Of a DNA stretch of 64,000 nucleotides, positions 25,098 through 38,554 are shown in pieces; position 1 is the stretch's first letter, and each line of letters begins with the position of its first letter. This DNA comes from Pelomyxa schiedti (lineage: Eukaryota > Protista > Evosea), in contig JAHLWZ010000163.1 in NCBI GenBank assembly GCA_020536535.1, positions 1-64,000 of the forward strand, given 5' to 3'. The notes under the pieces were generated by a model that was not told where the DNA came from, searched no databases, and saw only the letters and a program-made list of their open reading frames with translations. Both the position numbers and the translations under genes were made by a program.

Positions 25098-26807
25098 TCA
25101 CCCTCGTCTTCTTTTTTGGTTCTTGTGTTTGCTTTGGGGTGTGGGTTTTGTAGATGTCGTTGTTGGCGGGCTTCGCCGCGGAACTGTTGTATCAAAAACC
25201 TCCTTGAAGGGAACGAAATTACCTCGGGGGTTGTGGTTCTTAATTTTGTGGTCGTCTGTGGCTTGTTAGCAACCATAAAATTGACAATTCACACACCGAG
25301 GATAGCGAATATTATTCTGGCAAATGCGCCTTGGTAATGTGCCATTACTTCTTTGAATAAATAGGCCATGTGCAATGGGGGGTTTCGGAATGCACCGCAT
25401 CCGAATGCTGAAAGAACTAAGGAGTCGTACCCTTTTTGCCATCTGAACGTATTGGTGAGTATAACGGTGCTCAAACTTGTGGAAGATATTACGCAGTCTC
25501 AAAGATCAACGAGAGCTTATCTTTCGTTTTGTCTGCAAATTTTGGATCCATGGCAAATTCATTCTTCTGTGCCGTAGGCCAGTATTTAAGTGCAGGAACT
25601 AACTTTGGAGAAATGTATGCAGATAACGCAATGAAATCGAACTGTTCGGGAGTACCCAGGAAAGCATATCCGTTCTTCATTTGATTCCGTGTTAATTGTT
25701 TATGATCATTCCCATATACACACTTCTTCTGACGCTCGGAAAACAGATACCCCTGAGGTTTTTTAGAATGAATTATTAGTATTAAGCAAATACCAGCGGA
25801 ATAAACTGCACCAAACTCGGGAAGGGGATAACCCCAGGTCCGTTTTCGGTCTACATTTTCGGGATCTTCGAGGATTTGGAAGTAGTTGCTCCTGTATTTC
25901 ATTTAGTCTAATGGAAGAGCTTGTTCACTTACCTCCGAAATAAATTTTCCTCTTGCCCATTAGCACCATTCATGTATCCGCCACCGGGACGCTTTGGTGA
26001 AGCCATGTTAAGAACTAAAGGCCGCAGCCCCTCGTGTTTCAGTCTTGAGGCTGTTCTGAAGTTACATTGACTGGGGGCTATGAAAAATTACCTGCAACTA
26101 AGCAGTCTTCATTAACAACTTCAACATGTGTAGTCCGTTGGGGGCGTGGTTGTATTGGTGGAGGAACACTTGGAGTTGTAGTAATTGTACACGTCAGTGC
26201 TTGCTCTGGAGTTGATTCGTTAGTGACTGGAGTTGATTCTTCGGTGACTGATGTTGAAGTTGTGTTACTCTCCGTGTCGTGGGAGGGACGTTTTGGGGAG
26301 GAAACAGGACACCTCCTGGGATTTGTGTAGACTGGTTTGTGAACTTCCATCAGCGGTGGAGGTTCTGGTGGAACAGTAAATGAATGTTGTATCCCGTGGC
26401 TCATCACTAATTCAGAGGAGCAAGTGGCAGTTGTGAGTTGTGGTGTAGTGGTTATTACAACCGGGGCGCCAGTTAGAGGGTGAGGGTAACACATTTTGAT
26501 GCAGGCATTACATGTCCCGTATTGCACTAGCTTTCTTGTTGTTTCAAATTCAGTCACCACAAAGTTCAGCACGTGTACCTCAAAGCGCGAAGAGAATCCG
26601 TGTCACTTTGCGAGGTGTAGTATTGAAACCATTTCTTCCACAACTCAGGTTCGAACTTGCACGCCGTAAGGAAGTCCAATGACTCAACACAGCACACTTT
26701 GCTGTAGTGCTTAAAAAAAACGAAGTAAATCAATCAGTCAATAGACCCCGTCTGCCGCAACCGTAACAACACACCACTTGTTGTTGTGCCCGCTCTTCCT
26801 CGTTCAT
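25098..26807 (-). CDS. Microbial-type PARG / TIGR02452 macrodomain protein
   Basis: VVNEDCL; VLNMASPKRPGGGYMNGANGQEENLFRRSN; LVLSAFGCGAFRNPP; IIFAILDD. Confidence 0.9.
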
Positions 26808-26862
26808 CTTTCTCCTTTGTTTTGCAGATCTCAAACTTCTTCGGTTTTCTCTAATTTATTCG

Positions 26863-28067
26863 ATGACGGAAACGGAGCGCGTGATGTGCGTATTAATTTC
26901 CCTGCTGTTGTGTACTTCTAATTTCTTTCATTTTATTTGATGCAGTAAGTTGCTGCTCACTGGTATTCTGATCTTCTCACTTTTTCTTGTTTTGTTTATT
27001 TATCCCATCACTTCCTCACAGGGGACTCTGCCGTAGGCAAAAGTGGGTAATTTCTACTCTTTCCGTTTTGTTGCTTACAATGTATCAGCATCCCTTATTG
27101 TCCGCTATGTGGTAGGCCGAATTATTTCTTTTTTTCTTCTTAAAAGCGCAGGAAAATACATTCAGTGATGCTCTCGAGGCACGAGGGCAAGACTTTGTAT
27201 GGGCTCCCAGATATTATTATAGGATCTAATACCCAATCATACATAAGCTCCAAAAAACAATCGAAATAGATTCCCACCCAGTAACTGTGAGAATTGTATG
27301 CTTTAGAAACCACCTTTGATATTATCAAATCTTATTTAACTTTCTCTAGTTCGATACAGCTGGCCAAGAGAGGTTAAGAAGCTCTTTTTCCTTTTTTTTT
27401 TTTTTGGAGATTTTTACTTATTTACATCAGATTCGCTACTATTACTAGTTCATGTATTTCCATGCAAGTCATATAAGAAAACTCAACTGATTTTGTTATA
27501 TGTCTGCTAATTAGACTACCGAGGTGCCTCTGGCATAATTGTTGTATAGTATGCTTCCATAAAATCTCTAAGCCAATTCCCACTATCATAGTGATATAAC
27601 AGACAATGAAACATTTCAAAATGCTCGGTATTGGATAAGAGAAATTGAAAGATATTCACCAGGGGTGGCAGTTATGCTGGTTGGAAACAAGGTAACGTGT
27701 GAAAGCCGCAGCGACCTTAATTTCCCAATTAGTCTGATCTTGAAGAGAAACGGGTTGTACCCACAGCCAAGGGGGAAGAACTTGCCCACGGCTATGGGAT
27801 TCCGTTTCTGTAGCCCGCCTTTTTTCTTGTGTGCGCCTTATTTGTAATAGGGAATGCAGTGCACTTACTCCTAAAAATGTGGAAGAAGCATTTAGTACCG
27901 TTCTGAATGAAGTCAACAAAAAAGGGTGTGTGCAATTTCCCACTACACTTCACTCAACTCCCAAAAGGTCTCTAGGTTCCGTACGCATTTCTTCTTCTCC
28001 TTCTTTCGTGCTTAAAGACATGGATTCAACAACACATACCAAAAAGAACAACTGCGCATGTACTTGA
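26863..28067 (+). CDS. Rab GTPase (Rab1/8-like), about 13 exons
   Basis: Spliced: GDSAVGKTSL; FDTAGQERFATITSSYYRGA; VGNKSDL; ECSA; C-terminus NNCACT. Confidence 0.9.
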
Positions 28068-28178
28068 ATGTTTTTTAAAAAAATAAAAAGAAAATTTTGT
28101 ACAAACCAAAATCATTTTAAGTTTACTTAAACTACTTTACCCTTTGCTTTTTTCCCTTCCCACGCATGCAGCTTTTTG

Positions 28179-31100
28179 TTAAAAAGCTGGTGGGGGAATA
28201 TCAAACAATGGAGGTGGTGGTATAGATGATGCAGGTGGCCTCATGAAGTCAAATGTCACTGGGAGGCCAACACGCTGCGGGGATTGAGGGGGTGGTATTA
28301 CATTTGAGGTGTTGTTGCCTGTTGCTGATGGTGGGGGAGGGGGCCCACAGGGAGGTAGTATGTCAACAGGGGGAGGTGGTGGCATAATGAGGGTGATTGG
28401 GGGTGGCCCGGAAGATACCGGTGGTGGTTGTGGTGGGGGTGACGAGATTGTGGGAGATACTGCAGGGAGGTTTGATGTCGGTGTAGTTGTAGTTGTTGGT
28501 TGAGTTGCCGATGCTGTGGTTGCTGGGGTTGTTGTTGGGGTTGGAGGAGGTGCGTGGGACGGGGGGCGGTCTGAGGGTGGTGGCGGTGCGGAATCTTTGA
28601 GGGAAGCGATTGAGGGAGTGGCGGTGGGATAGGATTCTGGGGTTTCGTCGGCGCTGGGTATTGGGTCACTCCCCCTTCTTTGGCGGGCGGAACTGCTCCC
28701 GTCACTGTGATTTGAGGGATCCAAGTTGGGGACTGTGGGAAGCAGTATGCTTGTGGGTGTGCGTTTATGGGACTGGCAAAATCTCTTTTTGGTGTCAATA
28801 ATCCACTCGTGCATCTTCTGCATTAGGAGCTGCTTTTCTGAATCACAAGAGGCATAAAACAGGAATCTTGGCTGTTTTTTTTCCTTTGCTACATCAATTC
28901 GTTCAAGCTGAAAGCCATGTGATGGTTGACCTAACAACACACTTTCAGTCAAGGAATCCCCAATGGGAACAATACCCGCAGAATCAATAATGTTTGTAAT
29001 TCTGCATTGTGTCATTGGAATATAGCCTTTCAATACAAGTTTATGGTGTCTGGTGGTTTCCAGCTTTCCCGTTGGTATTTTGACAACAACAATAAGGTCC
29101 GTGAAAATCTAGAAAAGTAAACGTTGACATGAGAAATATTAGGAGAAGTACAAATATCCGGTAATCATGCTCTTTTCCATTTCTCCTGTCAATGCCCCGC
29201 AATTTTTGGTCCATTACATAACGTCGAGTAGGAGTGATTAGTTCCTGTGATAAGTTTGGTGTTTCAAAACAACAAAAAAAAATTCTTACTTGGCCTTCCC
29301 AATCTTCAACGCTGTTGTTGATTTCCATGATTTTTTGTTGCATTTCAAAAACTCGTTTTCCTATTTATTGTCAAAAAACCAGCAACATGAAGGAGGACTC
29401 ACCTTCATTGATATATTTTACTACTTGCTCAATTTGTTGTTGTGCCTGTACCAATGCTGCATAATCTGCATGGTCTTGAGGGGTGTGTTTGATTAATTCC
29501 CTAAAGAACAATGGATACTACAGTGCAAATACGTAAGAATAAGAAGTGGTCTTATCCCATTACCTTGCATATTCGTTGGACAGGTTTTATAATATAACCT
29601 ATCAATTGAACCCCCTTGGCCCGCTTATCTTCGTTGCACTTGGCTAAAAATTTCATCCATTCAGATTCAACTTTGAGTTCATCATACAACAGAAGAGCTT
29701 GGTCTTGGCTGGCACAATAAGTAGTGTACATCTTTTCTTCAAATCAGCTTTCTGCATTTAGTTTTACGGAAAATACACACCTTGAAGTACTGACTCTTTT
29801 TTCAGAGGTTAGAAAGTATCGGATAAATAAAAGGACAACCATTGATTTGAAAATATCTCCCACAAATTCGCCATTGTTCGTCACGGTGTTATCTAGTAAC
29901 TTATCTAGAACTTCCTTGTGAATGGGCAATAACATCTCAAAGTTGCTGAAGAGTCTGTTTATTTCTTCTTCCTTCAATACTTGACTGGACTTGATGGGAA
30001 CAAGGAAAACCTTCTCTGTATGAGACACGTACAAATTAGAGAATTAGAGTCGAACCTCTTCTAAGATCTTCAAATCATCAAGATAAGTCTGCTCTGTGGT
30101 AATAATTTCGCGGATACAGGCGGCTCTCATCCTTGCACGTTTCGCAATGGCTTCGGCGATTTCCTCAGCAGTAGGTGCTAAGACGCAGTTAAGGTGACTA
30201 TCAATCATATGGCAAGCATACGGCGATCTTCGTCGGAATCTTCCTCTTTCACAGGCTGTGCAGGGGTGGATTCTTCAGGTTTAGTTTCTATAGGCGTAGT
30301 CTCTGCAACTTGTGTATTTGTTGTTGCAGGGAGTGCAGATGCATGTTCAAGTGGAGGGGTTGTAGAAGGTTTGGTTACTGGGGGAGAACAGGAACGAGGG
30401 GTGGAGTCAGCCGATTCTTTTAGTTCAACTTTTACAGGTGCTGGAATCTTGTTCGCTTGACTTTCATCACTTTGAGTTGAAGGAGACATTTGCACAATTG
30501 GACTGCTTGGTAATCTTCTTCCAATAAGACTACGTGATGAGAGTGGTGAAGAAACAGCATTTTTATCAAAACTAGAGGGAAACCGTTTCAGAAATGAAAA
30601 GTAATCGGTAAATTTTACCTTTGTTTCCAGTGCAGAGACTGAGGAGGAAAACGATTGAAATTTGGAGCGGCACCCTGGGAGTGTGTAGTTAGACATGCCA
30701 ACTTGGAGTTGAAGTACCTGTGGCCCTTCAGCAGTATGTGGTTCTGGGGAATTTTTTACACTAGGTGTCTGAGGGGGTGTGGAAGAAGTAGAAACTGGTA
30801 CTTCATGTTGAGTTTGAGATGTGTCTTGCTTGTTTCCTGGAGGACCGTGTGCAACTGGCGAGGGAAGGGAACTGACTGGTTGCTCCTCATGGACTGCAGT
30901 GGGATGTGTAGTTGAGGGGGGAACTGGTCGCCCAGGGGGCGGGGATTTGGCGTGTGCTGTAGTGACAACTGGGGGGTGAGATTGTACAGCAGGAGGAGGC
31001 TGTGAGGTAGAAGACAGAGGAGCTTGGGAATGTGTTGCTGGTGGCTGTGGGTGAGCTGGTGAGGGGTGGGCACTTAGTTTTGGATCAGACGCTTGCCGAG

Positions 31101-32589
31101 GAACAGGCTGCGCAGTAGCAGCAACTTGTGGGTGGGCAGCAGGCTGCGAGGTAGCTTGTGGTGAGCTCAGAGACTGGGGGTGTTCACCCGGTGGTGAGCC
31201 CACAAGAGGTGGAGTGCGTGCAAGGGGTGGACTTCGGCTTATCTGCACTGGCTGTGGTGTTGGCTGTGAAGGATGCTGTGGTGTTGGCAGTGATGGATGC
31301 TGCGGTGTTGGTTGTGAAGGATGTTGTGATGTTGGTTGTGATGGATGCAGTGTCGGTTGTGCCTGTGCCTGTGTTGTTTGTGCTTGTGTTTGTTGTTGTG
31401 GTATTTGTGTTTGTGTGGGTGGTTGCTGCTTTTGCTGTGGTGGTGGTGTTGGCTGGGATTGTCTTTGCACCTGTGATTGGGCAGAGGGGATTTGTTGCTG
31501 CGAGGTGCGTAGCGCTGCGCGAGGAGGGGGAGCCACCGGGGGGTGTGATGGTGGCCGCGAGGCAGCTGGCTGGGTGGCACTTATGGGTGGCGTGTTGGTG
31601 TGCGTGAGAGACGGGGAAGGTGAGTGCGAAGGGGCGGGCGAGGGAGAGTGGGGACTGGGACTAGGAGAAGTATACGAGGACGACGAGTAGGCGTCCAGGT
31701 CCCCAGGATCGCCGTAGGCCGAGTAAGGGTCGTAAGAAGACGGCGGGCTAGTTGCACGCACGAGGGTAGGAGTAGTTCCACTAGTAGCCGCCGCCGTGGT
31801 TGCAGCAGTAGTAGTAGTAGTCCCTGTGGGTCCGTGTCCAAGTGGCGTGGGGCTCGGGGAGGTGGCGGGAGGGCCTGTTAGTGCCGCCGTGTGTGTCTGG
31901 GCCTGCACGGGATGCAGCGGCTGCGGCTGCGGCTGCGGCTGCGGCTGGGCGGCGTGCGCTGGGGGGTGTGCGGGCGTGGGGTGCGGCGGCGGGGGCTGCT
32001 GCTGCGGCGGCGGCTGCCCAGGAGGCGGCGAAGTGTGCGGCTGCGTGGCTTGGGGTGGGGGCAGGCGCCGGCCAGGGGGAGGCGTTGGTTGTGTCTGTGC
32101 CTGGGTATGGGTCTGTGGGTGCGGCTGAGGCTGAGGCTGTGGCTGTGGGGAGGGGGGCTGCGGTTGCTGCGGCGGGGTTGTTGGCTGGGGGTGTGTTTGG
32201 GGCGGGGGTTGCGGCTGGGCTCGGCCGCGGGCTGCCGGAGGCGGGAGCGGGCGAGAGGCAGCGGCAGCGGTAGCCGGTGGGGGAACTACTGCGGTTGTTG
32301 GTGGCGGTTGCTGTTGGTGCTGCTGAGGAGGGGGGGCCGGAGATGGTGGGTGGAGGAGACCCTGCTGCGCAGGAGGCGGGTCCGGCGAGGCCGTCGGCGC
32401 CGTAGGGGGCGAGCGGGGAGGGGGCCTAGCTGGGGGCCCAGCGCCCGGCGGCCCCGACGCCGAGGGGTGCGGGGGAGGCAGCCGCGCCGGGGGGGCCCCG
32501 CCGCCTCCCTGGTACTGCCCGGGGATGGGCCGGCCTGGTGGCGGCTGGGCCTGGGGATGGGCTTGGTGCCCCGATTGCGGTGAGCTCAT
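28179..32589 (-). CDS. Proline-rich RhoGEF (DH-PH)
   Basis: EIITTEQTYLDDL; LFSNFEMLLPIH; YIIKPVQRIC; PH start ELITPTRRYVMD; polyproline N- and C-termini. Confidence 0.85.
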
Positions 32590-33020
32590 TTCGTGGTTGT
32601 TTTTTACTTCCGTGTGCTGTTTCGTGACGGAACAGTTCGTTTTTTGGATGTTGGGTGTTGGGGGCTGGAAAAAGTGGAATGTCACATACCGACACTATTG
32701 TTTCCTCCCCAAGACTCGTGATCCTCAATTGGTTCCCCGCCCCCGACTGTCAACAGATCTGTCGGTAATGCACTTCAAGGTCAACTTCGATCAGTCCTTA
32801 CAAGTCTGTGAAGTGGCTGCAGATCTCAATCTCATTTTTCGTTGACACGCAATAATCGCGAGGAAAACGAAACCACAAAACAAGAAAGAAAGCCGAAGTT
32901 CGTTTCCCGTTTGCCGTGCCGCGACGGCTGGCACCAACAAGAAAAGAATAACACCCTAGTGCCTCAACGCGAGGTGTTCAAAGAAAGAAAAAAAAAACGA
33001 TTTCGATACCGGAAAAAGAA

Positions 33021-35547
33021 ATGAGCAGTCAGGTTCAACTGAAGGTCCATCAACTTTCTCCTCGGGGCCTCTCAGGCCCTTTGGTTTCGACAGGGACCCC
33101 GCCGTCGAAATTGCCCCCTTGGCCGCCGACGTCTGCCTCGACCCACGCGTCGCCGTCGCCGTCGCCCACCGGTGGCGCCACTTCCCTGCTCTCCAGCCAA
33201 AACCATCAAACGCAACCGCAACCACAACACCACCACCAATTCGCCCAATTCCCGCAGCACCAACACCAAAACCAAACTCCTGCTCAGACCCAAAATCAAA
33301 TCGCACACCAACGCGCCGCCGCCAACTTATGTCACCCTCCACAACAACAACAGCAGCAACTGCAGCAGCAAAAACCCGCCGAAAATCCATTTCATCCACC
33401 AAATTCGCCACAGACGGCCCCTGCATCTGGGGCCACGACCGGATCTGCGATCTCCCCTTCACCTGGGTCCAATGCGGCACTGGGCAACGCAGCTGCTGAA
33501 TGTCTACCACCAATCAGCTCACCGAGATCTCCTAGACTCCCGGGGTCGCCGAGATCTCAGGCAGTCGTAAAACAACAGCCCCCTGCAAGAAAGCACAGTC
33601 ACACACACTCGCCCTCTGATTCCGGCGTTCGAATGCTGCCGCCGGCGTCTCCTTCTACATTACAGCATTTTTCCTTTCGACCTGAAGCAGCACATACAGG
33701 GTCACGTAGTGGTTCTGCATCTTCACCACCAGCTTCCCGTACCGGCAACACACCTTCTTCATGTGACACATTTCCTCAGCTATCTCCTAGAGAGAGGGCG
33801 AGAAGAGCTTCTGCAAACATTTCACAACAACAGCCACGGCATTCTTCCACTTTGACAAATTCAGTAGAAGAATGCCAACCAACTATACTTCAACTTCAAA
33901 TACTCAACTCGTCACAGCGACTCCATGGAAAAGCTGACGATTCCACTACTTCAGCACTACCATCACCTCACTCTCAAAATCGAGAGACAAGCACCACTCG
34001 CTCGCGGTCTGTGTCTCTGACATCCAAAACGGGCCTTCCAACTCCTACGCACAACGGAGATGATACGAGCGTTTTACCTCAGGAGGAGCTTGTCCATCCT
34101 GAGAAATCGTTTGTCTTTCGTTATAAAGTTGGTGTGGGCTCCCCAAAATATGGCAATCTTTAATATCTCACAGGAGAGGGGAGTTTTGGTTCTGTGTGGA
34201 AAGCTATCCACCGTACAGGGCGCATTTTTGCAATTAAAAAGGTACATGTCTCTCAGATAAACTCCTTATTCTTTCAAGGTACCTATAGACGATAACCTAG
34301 GTGATTTAAGCAAAGAAGTCGAATTCATGAAGTCTATGAAAAGTGAGTGGATAGTGAGGTAAATCGAACAAACATATTAAACCCCAACGTATTAAACTCA
34401 ACCCTCACTTTTCAAAGGTACTTTGGAAGTTGCACTATCAGCGGAGAATTCTGGATAATTATGGGTACTTAGTCTTCCGTTCGTCACATATTTTTACCTT
34501 GTTTTTAGAATTTTGTGGTGCTGGAAGTTTAAGGGCGATAATGAAAACCTGTCGGGTCAGTTTTTCATTTTTTTTTATGCTGCTAAGTTTTTCTAGAGAA
34601 ATCTCGTAGAAAAAGAAATCGCGAGAGCTGTTAATCACATCCTCCATGGTTTACACTATCTTCATAGTATACGGAAACTCCACAGAGACATCAAAGTACC
34701 GTTTTATTTGCACAAAATGTTACTATTGAGTTATTTAAAAATTTTATCTAGGCCAGCAATGTGTTAGTAGATGATAAGGGTATCTGCAAACTTTCAGACT
34801 TCGGGGTCAGTGGGCAGCTAACAGATGCGCACTGCAGAAGACACACCATGATTGGGACACCTTTTTGGATGGCCCCAGAAGTAAGTTTCATCTTCAGTAC
34901 TGTGTTTTTATAACTTGTACAGGTAATACGAGATGTTGGGTATGACGAACATGCTGATATTTGGTCATTAGGAATTACCTGCATAGAGCTTGCAGAAGTA
35001 ATCCCTTTAGTGACTGGCTTCTCCTCTTAACAGAAAAATACTTTAGGGGAAGCCCCCGCACTTCGATTTAAGTCCTATAAAAGCTATTTTCTACATACCA
35101 AACTGGGATCCTCCTACTCTACAGTCTAAAGCCGCTTGGACAGCACCTTTCCATAACTTTTTATCACGAGTACTGACAAAAGACCCTGAAGTCAGGTTTT
35201 TACCATTAATCTTTTTACAGATTATAAGAAATATTTCTCCAGGCCTCTCACTGAAGCCCTGCTGGAAGACCCTTTTGTACATAATTTGACTTCCGACACC
35301 CTTTTAGGTATTATTACGTTTAATTACTGCCCTTATACAATAAAACGAAGACCTTGTCCGAGAGCAAGAGCAGGCTAGAGGATCACAAGGTGGCTCTTAT
35401 CATGATGATGACAGTTCTAAAGAGAATAGTCTCAAAGGCGTTACTACCTCAGATAGCGACTCGGATGTTGGTAGTGCCGATGGGTCGACTTCTCGTCAGT
35501 TTAACACCTCTTTGTCACTTCAAGGTGTTACCGCCAACAGAGGTTAG
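33021..35547 (+). CDS. STE20-family Ser/Thr kinase (MST/Krs1-like) with long disordered N-terminus
   Basis: [11 protein letters not shown]; AIKK; HRDIKASN; DFG; [10 protein letters not shown]; [14 protein letters not shown]. Confidence 0.9.
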
Positions 35548-36004
35548 TTTATGAATCAAGGTCCACACTGTTTCTTAACATCAAGGGGAAAAAAGGAGTT
35601 GTGACAAAAACCAGCCCGCGTTGTCACAACTGTGAAGTAATGACAAAGGAAATGCATCTTCTACGTGATAAAGTGAGCAAGCTGGAAGCTCAGGTTTGGA
35701 GAGCCTAACTACTTCCCAAAAATAACACAAGCAAAGCTTGAAAAAGTTGGCTCTGATTTGCTGAAAGTGTCGAACGAAGCAAACCTTTATAAAGGACAAG
35801 TACTAGTTTTTGAGAAATTAATGTCCCAATCCCAGTCTCCACCCTGACATGACACATTGCGCTCTTTTTTTTTGTATCACCACGCACTATAAGATAAAAC
35901 AAGAAGAAAAGAGTAGTCTAAACAGTAACATTCTTTTGTCTTTTTCGCTTATGTAAAAGGGGAAGAACAGCTTCTTAGTCTGTGGGTTTCTGCTTGGTAG
36001 TTCT

Positions 36005-37224
36005 CTAGTGAGAATCGGCAGGGCGGTCACGGGGCTCGGACTTGTCCCTGCTGTGCCTTTCACCCTCGTGGTCCCTGTCGCGGTCTCTGTCCCTGTCACG
36101 GTCACGGTCACGGTCCCTGTCTCGCTCACCATCTGCCCTGTCTCTGTCCCTGTCACGGTCGCGATCACGATCGCGGTCCCTATCCCTGTCGCGGTCGCGG
36201 TCACGGTCCCTGTCTCTATCCCTATCTCTGTCTCTCTCACTGTCTCTATCGTGATCGCGGTCGCGGTCCCTGTCTCTGTCACGATCCCTCTCTCTATCTC
36301 TGTCACGGTCTCCATCCCTGGCCCTGTCATGATCGCGGTCCCTATCTCTGTCTGAAGAACGGCGGGCTGGTGAGTGTGAGCGGGACCTTGAGCGCGAACG
36401 TGAGTGAGATCGAGGGCGACTGCTACCGCCACCACTGCCGCCGCCACTGTGACCATGTAAGGGAATACGGTATTGAGGTAGGGGGAGTACCTTCTACTTG
36501 GGCAATCTCTGGCCCAGTGGCCTTCACGTCCACATGAGAAGCACTTGTCATTATCTGAAGCGAAATGAGGGATTGCAATTGGAACAATCAAACGGGAACA
36601 GCAATATGTGTGACAGAGTGTGACTAGTTCTGACGTGAACTGTGTTTGGCGAAGTGTGGCTACGACTGTGTGTGGCAAATGACTGTGTGAGCGCTAGAAA
36701 CTGTGCTGCAACACAATCTTTGACTGACTGTGAGGCACTGATGTGTTGACTTATGACAGAGGAGGGGGCCTTGTACTGACTTCAAGCCCCGACAAAACAA
36801 CTAGCACAGCGTAAAGTGCGATAGTGAGGATCACACAGACAGTCTCACACAGCACAACCGAACTGAACTGAACTTACTTTGGCCTGAGTAGCCTGTGCCT
36901 TTCGCCCATTCGACAGTAATTCTGCAACCCATCAACTGAGAGCCTGTGACATGGAGGGGTCAAAAATACACAACAATGCGTGCGTTGGCAGAAACCATTC
37001 AGATCGTAAAGTGCGTCTTCGGCATCTCTTCTGTCACGGAAGGCGACAAAGCCAAAACCTCGAGAACAAAAAAGGACATGTTAGCTACGAAATGCGAGGA
37101 AAATGGAGATGCTACCTCGGCCGCGTTTCACTTCGCACTTGTCGATAGGACCAAACTTGTGAAAGTGATCTTCAAGATCCCTCGAGGTGGTCTCGAATGA
37201 TAGCCGACCCACAAACAACGACAT
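36005..37224 (-). CDS. SR splicing factor, RRM + Zn knuckle + RS/RD domain (SRSF7/RSZ-like)
   Basis: MSLFVGRL; FGFVAFRDRRDAEDA; RITVEWAKG; CFSCGREGHWARDC; RS/RD repeats. Confidence 0.9.
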
Positions 37225-37473
37225 CGGGTTGGTTGTTTCCGGCCTTGGTTTATTTGTTTTTTTATGTACTCTTTCCGAATCTGATTGGAGGAAAAATCAG
37301 GAGCAAAAATGCAACTGAGAATCTCTGCACAGTGATGGAGTCTGAGGCTCCCACGCGGAGTACTTTGTAGGATTGAGCGAAATTCTGGCATTAGTTCCCT
37401 GCTCTGGTGCCACAGGCACCAGTTGGGGCAAAAAAGCGGAAAACGTACAATAAAAAGAAAAAAAAACAACGGG

Positions 37474-38422
37474 ATGCACAGCGACTATTACGACTTCTCT
37501 TTGACCACCTTCAGCCCTTCTGGAAAGCTGGTCCAGATTGAGTATGCCTTAAACGCGATGACCTCTGGTGGCACCGCTTTGGGCATTAAAGGCACGTCGC
37601 CCCCGTTATCCACCTTGTTTGTGACGTTTTTCCCCCCACAACTGAAGCTAAGAACGGGGTTGTTATTGCCACCGAAAAGAAATTGCCCCCACTTATGGAT
37701 CACACGACCGTGCAGAAGATCAGCCTTCTCACTGAAAACGTTGGTACTTCTCTCACATCTGATTTTATTGGAAGCTGTCAATAACGTTGGGGAAGGCATG
37801 GTGTATGCCGGAATGGGCCCAGACAGCAGAGTTCTCGCTAGGAAGGGGCGAAAAGCTGCTCAACGTTACAAGCTTGTTTATGACGAGGATATTCCTTGCT
37901 CACAGATGGTAAAAGAATTGGCAGCTGTCATGCAAGAGTTCACACAGTCCGGGTAACGTACTCCTTCTTTTCTAACAACCGACTCAAATTATCCCAGTGG
38001 TGTGAGGCCATTTGGTGTTTCATTACTTATCGCTGGTTATGATCATTCTGGTACACAACTCTATCAGGTAGGCCGGTCTGCTCTTTATTAGTACTAACAA
38101 CTATTTGTAAGGTGGATCCATCTGGGTCATTCTGGGGGTGGAAAGCGAGTGCCATTGGGAAAAACATGGCTAACGCAAAGACATTCCTCGAGAAGAGGTT
38201 AACGAAAGTACTTTTCACAGTCACTCTCTCAATCCTTCCAGATACCATGAAGATATGGAATTAGAAGACGCCATCAACACCGCCATCCTGACACTCAAGG
38301 AAGGGTTTGAAGGACAGATGACAGAAAACAATATTGAAATCGGCGTGATTTCTGATGACACCCGCACCTTCAGAGTACTTACCCAAGCACAAACAAAGGA
38401 CTACTTGGATTTAATTGGTTAA
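37474..38422 (+). CDS. PSMA2: 20S proteasome subunit alpha-2
   Basis: [21 protein letters not shown]; GMGPDSRVL; [19 protein letters not shown]; AKTFLEKRY. Confidence 0.97.
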
Positions 38423-38554
38423 GTGAATCCTCCCAAAAGAATAGTTTTGAGTACACCCAAGGCCTTTTTTTTGTTCCCCGTTGCTCATTGTATTGTGTGC
38501 AAAGAAAGAAAAAAAAGGAAAATTGTGCTTTAATATTTTCATGTTACCCTTCAT

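Noticed and set aside
31158-32583. Cys/Gly-rich plus-strand ORFs resembling metallothionein or keratin-associated proteins
   Set aside because: Antisense of the Pro/Gln-rich RhoGEF N-terminus
36008-36355. VPVSV / SLSRS repeat ORFs and apparent tandem array
   Set aside because: Alternative frames of the RD/RS domain; no repeat-spacer structure, so not CRISPR
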